Of a stretch of DNA of 64,000 nt, positions 41,608-53,519 are shown piece by piece. The notes under the pieces were generated by a model, which had not been told where the DNA came from, made no database searches, and saw only the letters and a list, made by a program, of their open reading frames with translations. The number at the start of each line of letters is the position of its first letter. Position 1 is the stretch's first letter. The position numbers and the translations under genes were made by a program. The stretch comes from Octopus sinensis (lineage: Eukaryota): positions 134,478,001-134,542,000 of the forward strand of contig NC_042997.1 of assembly GCF_006345805.1 (NCBI RefSeq). The letters run 5' to 3'.

Positions 41608-43931
41608 GTCGTACGTACTGTGTCATACGTACTCAAGCGTTCTCATCAGATGCTTCCTCGACGTCATTTTGTCTAATTTCATACAGACGTACGGAGTATT
41701 CTTTTAAACCCTGTTTTAAAACACCATAGCCCACTCGAATAGGGAGTCGTTGCATACGTTGCCTCCTGTATCCCACGGTTGCAGGCCTGGCTGTGCAGTA
41801 AGAAGCTATCTCCTCAGCCACATAGTTCCGGGTTCAGACGGAAACTGAAAGAAGCTCGTAGTGTATAAATATGTACAATATCTATGTGTGTATCTTTGTG
41901 TCTGTGTTCGTCCCCACCATCGCTTGATAATCGGCGTAGTTGTGTTTATGTTCCCATAACTTAGCGGTTCAACATGCAAGTCCGATAGAATAAGTACGAG
42001 GCTAAAAATTACTGTCCTGGCGTCGATTTGTTCCACAAGTACTGCTCAGCTGTATGCCTCAGTATGGCTGAACATGTAAAAGATAAATAAAAAAAATGCA
42101 AGTTGATGTTTACAATCCTTTAGGATACTAGCAAATATTGTGTCAGGGCCTGCTGCTAAATCGAATTTAATTTAATTAATTATCGCAGTGATTTCAGTAG
42201 TGCTGAGCGTTATATCTGGGGGGATTTGTTAGGATTTACATAATCAATATGGCCTACTTAGATCTCACCGAAATCACTTTAGATCAACCAGTATTGCTTC
42301 TGTAAAACTTCCAAAGATTGAGAAAAGAACCTTTTTAGAAAGTCGAAAGACACTAATCTTTGGGAAGAGCTTTCACAAAATATGTGTAGGCTTTGCTTCT
42401 ATAAATGTGCAAGCGCTTTCCGTTCTTAACGTTTCCAAGCACTTCTAAAAAATGATATTTTCTTAATCTTAACTCTCTGAGAAAAACATCCTCTCTCCAA
42501 ATATTATAACTGTATCAAGGAATTTTCAAAACACGCTAAATATACATGTTTATATATATATATATATATACACACACCTGACTAATCACATAAATGTGAA
42601 ACGAGGTGGGAACAATCAGTACCCGAATAACAGAGGTCGAGTGATATGGTTTATTATTAAAACTGCAAAAACGGCATTGTTATATTTTGTGATGTTATTG
42701 CAGATTTTTATAACACACGCACACACACACACACACGCACACTTATACACACACACATAACAAATTTAGTCCCTCCTAGTGAATGTAGTTAGTAGACTGA
42801 ATCACACCCACTTACACACAGACACACATGCACACATGCACACATACGTATACATATGTATACAAGTATACATGTTATGTATGCGTGCGCGCATATACTT
42901 GTCTTTGGGTTTATGTTTCTCTCCTACCTCCGGTTGACGACGGGTGTTACTTTGTTTTAGCTTGGTAACTTAGCAGTTCAACAAAATAAACTTACAAAAT
43001 AAGTACCAGACTTAAACAAAATAAGTGAAAGTTGATTTGTTCGACTATAGCCCCCAAAGAGGGCTCAGTCCAATGATTGAAACAAGTGAAAGATAAGAGA
43101 TAATAAAAATCGGTTTCGTTTTCCCTTTCTACTTAGAACATATCCCGACTGCTTTACTAATGGACTCATAAAATATAGTTTAAGTATATATTTGTGACAT
43201 ATCTTTTTTCTTTCTGAACTATTTAACTTACCATTGATCATTCATTGCATCCTCAGAGGCAAGTCTCTGTAATGTAGACTCTCATAAAATGACTTATGTT
43301 TATAAACAACACATTCTTGTTAAGTCTTTTATTTTTCCTTTATCATGATATGGTGTGATATATTTCCTTATCATATGTATCTTTCGCACAGATTGCTGCC
43401 CAGATTGTAATTCTCCTTTTCAACTACAACTTTGATGTATCTGCAAAAAAAATGGTATGTAAAAAACGCGATGACTCGAAAGTGTCATATGAACGTCTGT
43501 TTGTGAAATCCATTGGCCACAATTTCTTTGTACCGCCTTCGATGGTTCCCAAAGATTTCTGCGATCCACCTATTAATGCTGGAATAAAAACCTGCTCGCA
43601 ATTTCTCCGTTCTAACAAAATATCCAGCCAAAGATCAGCCTGTCCTTGGTACACGACCATTATTCACGATCCGACAGTTTTCCCTTCCCGTCGAACTGAA
43701 GCAGTGTGCCGCTGTGATGTCTGCATGGACTTCTCCCTTAATGCCAAATGTGTAACTGTGTTCGCTAAAATGACTTTCCTCAAACGTTCAGATGAATGTA
43801 TTGATGGACTGTATTTGTATACCCCATTGGTGATAAACGTGGCCGTTGCTTGCGCGTGCGCGACGAAAAACGACCAGGATGATAATTCTTCGATATATGA
43901 TTATGGTTATGATACTGATTATTATATCTGA
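41488..43931 (+). CDS. IL17: IL-17-like cytokine, type b, copy 2 (exon 1 41488-41502, exon 2 43392-43931; 184 aa)
   Basis: Same micro-exon MKKLA and acceptor CGCACAG|ATTGCT; RSACPWY, EAVCRC..C and ACAC motifs; intact ORF. Confidence 0.88.
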
Positions 43932-44365
43932 ACAAACGGTATAACGGCTATTCTAAGCTGCGTATAATGCGAAGTTTGTTTATCTGATTACAGAGACAGA
44001 ACGACACACACACACACGTAACTATAATGTATTTGAAACATTTTTGACACGTATCAGAAATTATTCTTTTATCACTTCTTCAATGCATGCAAATTGATTT
44101 TTAAAACATATTGTCGATATTTTTGCCGTTAGCACGTATCATAAGATAAATAGTATTCGATAAGAAAAAATAATAATAAAGACAAAAGCCACCATAATTG
44201 TTTTGCTCTTGAACACAAATATATTCTCCTTTTCAAAATTGATTTCGTCTAGTGCAATGGCAGTTGTTTATTACAAATGTAATTTTTTTTTTCGAGCAAA
44301 CTTGCGCTGAAAACTCGGTGATAACAGCTCGCAGCAAAAGCAGTTATATAGAATTCAATAAACTA

Positions 44366-44925
44366 TTGGCTTGTCCGGAAAGTTTGTGCCGATTTTTAAA
44401 GGAAAGAAAAAGGTCAATAAATACTTGCCTTTACATTTTTAATCAACCAAATATGAATCATTTTGTTGCACAATGCGTCTCCATCTTTCCTTAACTTTGA
44501 AATACCCTCTTCACAGAACTGAGGTGGTTTCATGGCAAAGAATTCATCAAGGTATCTTTTTACGTCATCCAAGGAATTGAAATTTTTGCCATTAACACTG
44601 TTCTGCAGAGACCTGAATAAATGGAAATCCGAAGGTGCAATATCTGGTGAATATGGAGGGTGGGATAACACATCTCAGCCGAGGTGCAGCAATTTTTGTC
44701 TGGTTCCCAAAGCATCAAGTGCCGAAAATGCACTTTCTTATCTTTTAAAGGGTTACAGAATTAACACAGGTTATTGGAACATATATCTTCTTTCACGAAA
44801 AGATAGCTTAAACTGTGATCTAAATAGAGGTGTAGTCAAATCCTATTTTATGGACTCAACCATGTTCTAAAATAAGTCGAAAGGTAAGCTACTATAAATT
44901 GGCACGAACTTTCCGGACAACCCAA
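44366..44925 (-). mobile_element. Internally deleted mariner element (unit B copy)
   Basis: Same TIRs and TA TSD; HPPYSPDIAPSDFHLF. Confidence 0.92.
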
Positions 44926-46273
44926 TACACTATTTGCCGACAGTTTACTTCATTGGTGCAAGTGATCAATATTTAAAACCTGAAGGTTACCCAGAAAATC
45001 GTTATTCTAAAAATTTGTTTTTTTAGAAACTATATTATTTTCTTCGTTTCTTTAGTTTGCTGAAATTACAGGATTAATTGCATTTCAGAGGTACAGCTTC
45101 AAATGTTTAATTAGTGGTATGGACCCAAGTGACCTAAGTGCTATTTTTCTTAATCTAAACCTATCCGTCGAACCGCTTGCGATGATAGCTTTTAGTGTCA
45201 CTGAAAGACTTGCGCCATTACATTCACTCATGCAGTAATTCTACAAGGCATATTGAATAAATTTCGGCAAGAAAACTATATGGAGCGAATATGTCAAGAT
45301 ACCAATTTACATAAATATATATATCAACAATAATAATAATGAAAAGGATTATTACGAAGTGCCATAGCATTGCCTTTAATTGTTTTTATATATAAATAGC
45401 TTTGCACAGACCTACAGGTTTCAACAACACCGATTAGTAAACGTTGCAATTGCTAGCGTGTGTGGAACTGGCGCAGTTTCTTCGAGGATCTTTACTCTCA
45501 TATCCTTCGATTTAATCGTTTGAAGTTTTTCATTCATCTACTTTGCGTTGTACAATATAGAGTTACTCGTTGAATTAGACGCGAGCTATCTTCGTTTCAA
45601 GTTTTTATTGGACAATTACTTTTATTCTTTTACTTGTTTCAGTCATTTAACTGCGGCTATGCTGGAGCATCGACTTTAGTCAAGCAAATCGACCCCAGGA
45701 CTTATTCTTCGTAAGCCTAGTACTTATTCTATCGGCCTCTTTTGCCGAACCCCTAAGTTACGGGGATATAAAATCACCAGCATCTGTTGTCAAGCGATGT
45801 GGGGGGGGGGGGTGACGAACACAGACACACAAACAAATACACACACACACATATATATATATATACATATACATAAATACGACGGGATTCTTTCAATTTC
45901 CGTCTACGAAATCCACTCACAAGGCTTTGGTCGACCGGAGGCTATAGTAGAAGACACTCGCCCAAGGTGCGATGCAGTGGGTCTGAACCCGGAACCATGT
46001 GGTTGGTAACATTATTTCAAAACAATTTGTTGTTTAAATGTTTATCATTAATTTATACTGAGCAAATGTGAATTTCCTCATCTCAAAGTTTCCGCATCTC
46101 AAAGTTTGTTCCGTTCTAGAATTTATTACATTACCCTTAGACGGAAAAATTTGGTAAATTTCTTCTAAGCATAAGCCACATATTTTTGTTCCTGGTCTTT
46201 ATGGTTTTGCAGTACAAATTCGCAATTAACAGTACAGTCATTGTTTCTGTCTTTAAGAGACCAGGTTAATTTC

Positions 46274-46567
46274 TTAAGACTTGTTTTGGAATATTTCATT
46301 TTTATCTCTAAATGAACTCAAATGATTTGCTAGTCTCCTCTTGGAAATTATTGATGTCGTACTAATGTAAAAGTATTCATGTACCTCAGATGTAACTCTG
46401 CATCTATATATTATATTTTTAGCCTCACACTTATTTTTCACATTACAAGATTCCCGTTTAGAACAATGAAAAGGCATATTTAAAAAAAATTCTCTCAGGT
46501 TTCCTTTAATTTGATAATTCATTGTAAAATCAAATTCATTGACACCAAGTTCTTTATTACTATTCAC
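46274..46567 (-). mobile_element. Penelope-like element fragment (GIY-YIG endonuclease region)
   Basis: C....CNVKNKCEAKNIIYRCRVT...YFYISTTSIISKRRLANHLSSF matches the PLE pattern C..kNvIY...YIG.T...fk.R..nH..SF. Confidence 0.75.
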
Positions 46568-46859
46568 TGTTAGATAACGTTATCTTTGTTGTATTTCGAG
46601 TTGATTTGTTTTTATTCGATTCAGCGTTACTATGTTAAATTAGGTTGTTTTCCTTTCGGCAACTTTTAAATTGTTAGCGTATACATATATACAAGCTCAA
46701 ACGCTTATATATATATATATACATATATACACATATATCTGTGTATATATTTGTATATGAATTATATGTGTATGCACACAAATTTATATACTTTTTACTT
46801 ATATATACATGGGTATATATATGTGTATATATACAGATGGAATACAAAGGTATTGGCTA

Positions 46860-48420
46860 AAGAACTTTACACAGCTGCATGAAAGAATAGCTGCACAACT
46901 GTATGACTGCCTTCAGCAAGGTCATGTCCCTATCGGATGATAAGCGGACGAACTTTGTTATGTATCAAGAAGTCTTTGAAACTTGAACGGTAACTTGGCA
47001 TCAAACTTTCGACCTATAACTTGTTGACTACTTAAGTGGAAGCTCATGACTGATGTCTTAGCGGAAATGTTATATAATCATCTGAAGAGTAACAATTTAC
47101 ATTCAGAAGAACAGAAAGGTTGCAGAAAAGAAAGTAGGGCACAAAAGACCACGTATTAATTGATAACATGAAAATTAGAACTTGTAGATGCTGATTGATG
47201 GGACTAAACGTAACATGGTTACTGTATAAGAAAGCATATGACATGGTACCGTACAATGAGCATATTTGAAATGGCAGAAAATATGGGAGAAATTGCTGAA
47301 TGAAAGTGTGAACATTGGAATAGTAAATTGATTTTATATATACGACGGGCTTCTTTCAGTTTCCGTCTACCAAATCCACTCACAAGGATTTGGTCGGCCC
47401 GAGGCTATAGTAGAAGACACTTGCCCAAGGTGCCACGCAGTGGGACGGAACCCGGAACCATGTGGTTGGTAAGCAAGCTACTTACTACACAGCCACTCCT
47501 ACGCATGAAAGTGTATACAAATGAAAAAAAAGCCTACTACAATATCTACAGAACAACGCAGAGAAATCACTAAACACTGGTAATAAAGAACAGGTGATCA
47601 AATGTAGAATAGAAGAAACGGTAAAAAAAATGAAATTCAAAGAGAGCATTTTAAACAGATTGCAAAGAAACCTTTGCATAATCAGATTTGGAAAGCAATT
47701 GAGGATGTATGTGAAACAAAACGCTTCACTTCGTTACAGAAAGGACAATTAAAAAAACAAAAAACAAAACAGAAAGCCTAATTATAGCAACGAAAAATCA
47801 AGCGATCAAAATAAACTTGAGAAAATATGAATATAGAGTGAAGATTTCAGAAAAAAGTAGAGTCTGAGGAATTTGGAATGAGACAGTGGCACAAACTGTT
47901 GCAAAATGTCCCAAGTTGGCACAGAGAGAATATAAAAAATGAAGGCATGACCAAGTTGTGAAAATTTCACTCTGGAAGCTTTGTAAGAAATGTGGATTTG
48001 AAGCTGGAACAACATGGTGTATTAATTGAATCGAAAGTTTGATGGAGTTGAAGAAATGCAAAGATCTATGGGATTTTCCTATTCAGACATATAAAAAGAT
48101 AGAAAACCAAAAACCAGACATAACAATAATACACAAAGAAATGTGAAGTTTGCTTACTAATTCAATCCGTCATGTCTGCTTTATTCCGCCATTCTAAAGA
48201 AAGAGTATGAAAAACACAAAAAATGCAATCTCTTAAAATTGGAAATTGCAGGAATTTGGAGAATAAAACCTGTAAATTATGTGCCCGTAATAACTGGTAC
48301 ATTGGTGCAAAGGTATAGACAACGGTTGAATTAGATTGGCATAGGATGTCCTGTAGAGTTTCTATAGAAAGTTTGCCACTTAGCGACAGGAAAGTTTCTG
48401 AGGGCTTTAAGTAATTGAGA
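46860..48420 (+). mobile_element. Degraded R4/Dong-like LINE interrupted by a half SINE (~47340-47500, minus); followed by a (GAT)n tract at 48519-48625
   Basis: NFRPITC, EEQKGCRK and KPDITII remnants. Confidence 0.7.
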
Positions 48421-48562
48421 GATTATTGAACGCTTGTGGATACTTAACGCTACAGGTCGTAACACAGTGCCCACACAATTTCTACCAGGAATAAGAACGA
48501 ACCCGAGTCAAATCACAAATGATGATGATGGTGATGATGATGATAATGATGATGATGACGAC

Positions 48563-48602
<40 letters not shown>

Positions 48603-49744
48603 ATGATGATAGTAATAATAATAACTAGCCGGACCCGTGAAAAATACACGGAAAACAAAAAATGTAAGCATCGGTAAACAGTGTACTGGTACCATGGGAA
48701 CTGTTTGTATATTATGACTGTCTGTCTTTACGTCTTGAGTTCAAATTCTGTCGAGGTCGACTTTGTCTTTCGTCCTTTCGGGGTTGATGAATTAAGGAGC
48801 GGTTGTGTACTGGGGGTCGATCTAATCAACTGCTCCGCCTTCAGGCCTAGAAAATTATATTGTGACAATTACAGAATATAGAATGTAATGTAACACCAAT
48901 GACTATATAATCCAACCAAAATATACAAAGGTAAACGGAATTACTATTCAGCTTTAAAATACATGCAACATATTCAAAGAACCTTCTTGGTTTAGTGGTA
49001 CAGAAAGTTTCTCAGGTATTCTTTTACTTGTTTCAGTCATTTGACGGTGGCCATGCTGGAGCACCACACTTTAGTCAAAGAAATTGACTCCTGGACTTAT
49101 TCCCTGTAAGCCTGGTGCTTATTCTATCCGTCTCTTCTGCTGAACAGCTAAATTACTAGGACGCAAACGTACCAACATCGGTTGCCAAGCAATGGTGGTG
49201 GTGGTGGGACAGACACACACACACACACACACATACATACATACATACATACATATATATGAGGGGCTTGGAGGTAGTGGTGATGCTGGTTGGTGCAATT
49301 TTGTGGTTTGCTGGTATGCCGAGAGAGATTCAGCGGGCCCCAAACTGGTTCCCCGATCTTAAAGGTGTAATATTGATGTGTAATGATGACACATCAACAA
49401 ATGAGCCAGAAATTCTAACTTAAAATATTTAGAAAGTAAAAGACAACGTTGTATTCCGAAGCCAAAAGATGTTTTTTTTAGCGGATATGTAATTTTATAA
49501 TGAAATCGGGAATCCGGGCCCATGAGCCTGGCTAGGCTTTAAAAGGGCGCATTTATTTATTTTATACATTACGTAGATCAGCAAGTTGGATAACACTTCT
49601 AACTACATACATATAAAAATATTTCCATCAATTTTTTTCATACATTCAAAATGCATCAACTGCGGAATATGTACGTAATGGAAACATTTCCTATCGCATA
49701 TTACACAAACCAGAAAGTTACTCATTAAAACTTTACGCATTAAA

Positions 49745-50160
49745 AGGCGGCGAGCTGGCAGAATCGTTAGCACGCCGGGCGAAATGCTTAGCGGTATTTC
49801 GACTGCCGCTACGAGCTGAGTTCAAATTCCGCCAAGGTCGACTGCCTTTCATCCTTTCGGGGAAAATAAATTAAGTACCAGTTACGCACTGGGGTCGATG
49901 TAATCGACTCAATCCGTTTGTCTGTCCTTGTTTGGCCCCTCTGTGTTTAGCCCTTTGTGGATAGTAAAGAAATAGGTATTTCGACTGCCCCTTCGAGCTG
50001 AGTTAAAATTCCGCTGAAGTCGACTTTACCTTTCATCCTTTCGGGGTCGATTAAACAAGTACCAGTTACGCACTGGCGGTTGATGTAATCGACTTAATCC
50101 CTTTGTCTGTTCTTGTTTGTCTTCTCTATGTTTAGCCTCTTGTGGGTAATAAAAAAATAA
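49745..50160 (+). mobile_element. Tandem pair of SINEs (third family)
   Basis: GGCGGCGAGCTGGCAGAATCGTTAG...GAGTTCAAATTCC head; the body repeats at ~49975. Confidence 0.8.
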
Positions 50161-51209
50161 GAAACTTACGCATTAAAATATTTTAAAGTATAAAAACTTG
50201 GTTTGGTTTCATTATTACAGTTATATATATATTAATTGACTCTCTGTCTGATGAAATTCAGATATGAAATTTCTATCTAATTGATATAAGCAGATAAAAC
50301 ATGTGTAATTTCGAAGAAATTGTACCCCATCAAATTCTCTAACTTTCTGTGTGTATGTGTAAAACCATAAAACAATATACAGAGTCCAGAACTTTTATTA
50401 GTTATATGTAATAGCAGCCAAGATAATGCAATGCGTATTTATACAACTGATGCGGAAGGTCTTGGCATCTATACAAAAACTGTCATTGAAGTCACGCAAT
50501 TGCTGTACGTTCATTCGTTCCAAATCTCATGAGCTGTGCTTTGAAGAATGTTAAGATTTTTCTATAAAGGCGGAACTGACTATTACAAACATAAACAATG
50601 CGTTGGCGCCGCGTTGCTTATATCTATGCTTGTTTTTGTCAAGTGTATACAAATTAACGAATATCCTGCATATTTTTAATTGATTCGTTATAATTCGTCG
50701 TTATAGAATAGTGTTTTCGGTATCACAAACAGCAAAATATATCCGAGTTATTTTCACCTTCACTAGACTTTCTCGAAAAATAAGAGAAACATTACGAATC
50801 CGGTTGTCAACTGAGTCTATCATAATGACCAAACCGCTGACATTCGTTGGCACGTGTAGTAGTTTCCTGAACCTGGTGGTTATTGTGAAAGAAGTGGTAT
50901 CGTGGACAAAGTGGAAAATTTTGAGAACAAAGCTTTTCAATACAAGATATACATTCATAGAAAAACTGAGAAGATAAGGGCATCGAAGGAACCGTATTCT
51001 TCCAGTGATGTCCAAAAAGTTGCGCGAAAATTGTGAAATGAAATCTCTACAGATGTGTCAGCCGCAGTTCGTGCCTGCACATCATCTCCCACTGCATCAC
51101 GTGACTGTTCATGGTAAGAATAAATATATGGCATTAAAGTAATTCTAGTTTGTAAATATTGATAAAACTTGCACAGGATCATGGGATTTTTGTTACTCTT
51201 GTTGAATAT

Positions 51210-51861
51210 ACTCTTTACTCTTTTACTCTTTTACTTGTTTCAGTCATTTGACTGCGGCCATGCTGGAGCACCGCCTTTAATCGAGCAACTCGACCCCGGG
51301 ACTTATTCTTTTGTAAGCCCAGTATTTATTCTATCGGTCTCTTTTGCCGAACCGCTAAGTTACGGGGACATAAACACACCAGCATCGGTTGTCAAGCAAT
51401 GCTAAGGGGACAAACACAGATACACAAACACACACACGCATATATATATATACATATATACGACGGGCTTCTTTCAGTTTCCGTCTACCAAATCCACTCA
51501 CAAGGCTTTGGTCGGCCCAAGGCTATAGTAGAAGGCACTTGCCCAAGATGCCACGCAGTGGGACTGAACCTGGAACCATGTGGTTGGTTAGCAAGTTACT
51601 TACCACACAGCCACTCCTGTTCATCAATATGTTCATCAATTTTGTAGACTTTCTTTGACATTGAACATCTTTGTTAGCCACGGACACTGGTGATTTCCTT
51701 CTACGTACTTATTAAACTAAAAAAATTATGTTGATTTTAATAACTTTTGTTTTCCACACACACACACTCTCACATACACACACATATGTTTTATTTGTGA
51801 TCTTTTTAATATATCCAACAATGCGGAGTTGAGTACTCATTTTCATCGTTCCACATTTACT

Positions 51862-51896
<35 letters not shown>

Positions 51897-52290
51897 TCTT
51901 TAACTCTTTTACTTGTTTCAGTCATTTGACTGCGGCCATGCTGGAGCACCGCCTTTAGTCGAGCAAATCGACCCCGGGACTTATTCTTTGTAAGCCCAGT
52001 ACTTATTCTATCGGTCTCTTTTGTCGAACCGCTAAGTGATGGGGACGTAAACACACCAGCATCGGTTGTCAAGCGATGGTGGGGGGACAAACACAGACAC
52101 ACAAACATATACATACACATACATACATATATATACATATATACGACAGGCTTCTTTCAGTTTCCGTCTACCAAATCCACTCACAAGGCATTGGTCGGCA
52201 CGAGGCTATAGCAGAAGACACTTGTCCAAGATGCCACGCAGTGGGACTGAACCCAGAACCATGTGGTCGGTAGGCAAGCTACTTACCACA
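51210..52290 (-). mobile_element. Two composite SINEs (~51210-51620 and ~51895-52290)
   Basis: Near-consensus reverse-complement copies of the 8854 family. Confidence 0.85.
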
Positions 52291-52430
52291 CAGCCACTCC
52301 TGTGTGTCATTGAGACCCAACGGTATCAGGTAATGCTGAATAAGTGCTATAGACAGACAATTGTTAAGTTCTAGATTCGGTGATTTTGCGATTAAGGGGT
52401 TCAACTTTGGTCATGTCAGCGTGTGTGTAT

Positions 52431-52999
52431 ATAAGAATTTTTTGCGTAATGAGATAAAAAAACCAAGGCTGTGTAGATATTAGGACATTTATATATAGAA
52501 GGTCTTAGAGCTGTTTCCAAGATATTTATTCATTATATCCCTTCATCGGAGACGGTGTTAGAGGATGGTTAAGTAATAGTTAATTTAGATAGGATACAAA
52601 ATAGAGAGTGAGGTGGAGGAAAGAAAATAGATGTGAGACATGTAGGGGTATTAAATTTGTAGATTCATTTTATAGGTATATATGTAGGATTCCAATACCT
52701 TATGAATACTGTTGGATTTTTCTCATAGGGTATTGAAATGCTACATATCTACCATTCTGCCTATAAAATGGATCCACAAATTCAATATCCCTACATATCT
52801 CACATCTATTTTCATTCCTCCACCTCACTTTCTATTTTGTATCCTATCTAAATTAACTATTACTTAACCATCCTCTCACACGCCTCCGATGAAAGGATAT
52901 AATTAATAAATATCCTGGAAACAGCTGTAAGACCTTCTATCTATAAATGTTATAATATCTACACAGCCTTGGTTTTTATCTCATTACGCAAAAAAATCT

Positions 53000-53003
<4 letters not shown>
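52431..53003. mobile_element. Imperfect ~280-bp-arm foldback, Penelope-like, with a degenerate hammerhead relic in each arm
   Basis: Arms ~52431-52710 and ~52725-53003 are reverse complements with scattered mismatches. CCGAUGA...GAAAC-AGCU-GUA motif at 52882-52934 (+) and its counterpart at 52501-52553 (-). Confidence 0.7.
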
Positions 53004-53043
<40 letters not shown>

Positions 53044-53519
53044 ATATATCTCAATGACACCGAGTCCACATTTAATGATGAGAAAACAGCGGGAGTGGAA
53101 GTTCCATGGAGGAAAGTTTAACAAGTAGGGAATTTAACGAGACATCAACAGGACGTTTAACATTAACTTCTCCCACTCTGAGTTTCACATGTGGTAATAA
53201 TTACATAGAACTAAACTAGTAATCTCATTATATATAAGAAAACTTTAATGGTGTTCTTAAGTGTATTTATATTTTAAATTCTATTTTCCTCAGGTTAATT
53301 AGCAAAATTCTGCTATCGATGTCTACTATTCTGCACAAGAAAAATTCTTGTAATCCAATGAAATTAAGAAATTGTATCACATTTAAAAAGTGAAGAAGCT
53401 CAGATTTTATTTGTAAAATATTACCGCCTCTTCCGCATAAAAAGGTTTGGATTTTATGCTAATTTAAAAAAAGAAACCAACGTGGTATGTTAGTCGCAAG
53501 AAGAGATTATAAATTCTGA

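Larger units (their letters stand above)
29132..46312 (+). repeat. Tandem segmental duplication, unit B (~17.2 kb)
   Basis: Colinear with 10344-29128. Lacks A 21885-23562 and A 24981-25393; has its own extra segment at ~40487-40960. Confidence 0.95.

Noticed and set aside
10344-46312. Whole tandem duplication as an assembly artefact
   Set aside because: The units differ by unit-specific insertions and strongly diverged IL17-b exons. An artefact remains possible only for the identical core.
46570-46635. Hammerhead-like arrangement beside the Penelope fragment
   Set aside because: Core reads CUGAAUC, not CUGANGA; could be chance.
50701-51130. Coding-looking stretch (FPEPGGYCERSGIVDKVENF...)
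   Set aside because: Multiple stops and no family recognised; a tblastx search would be needed.
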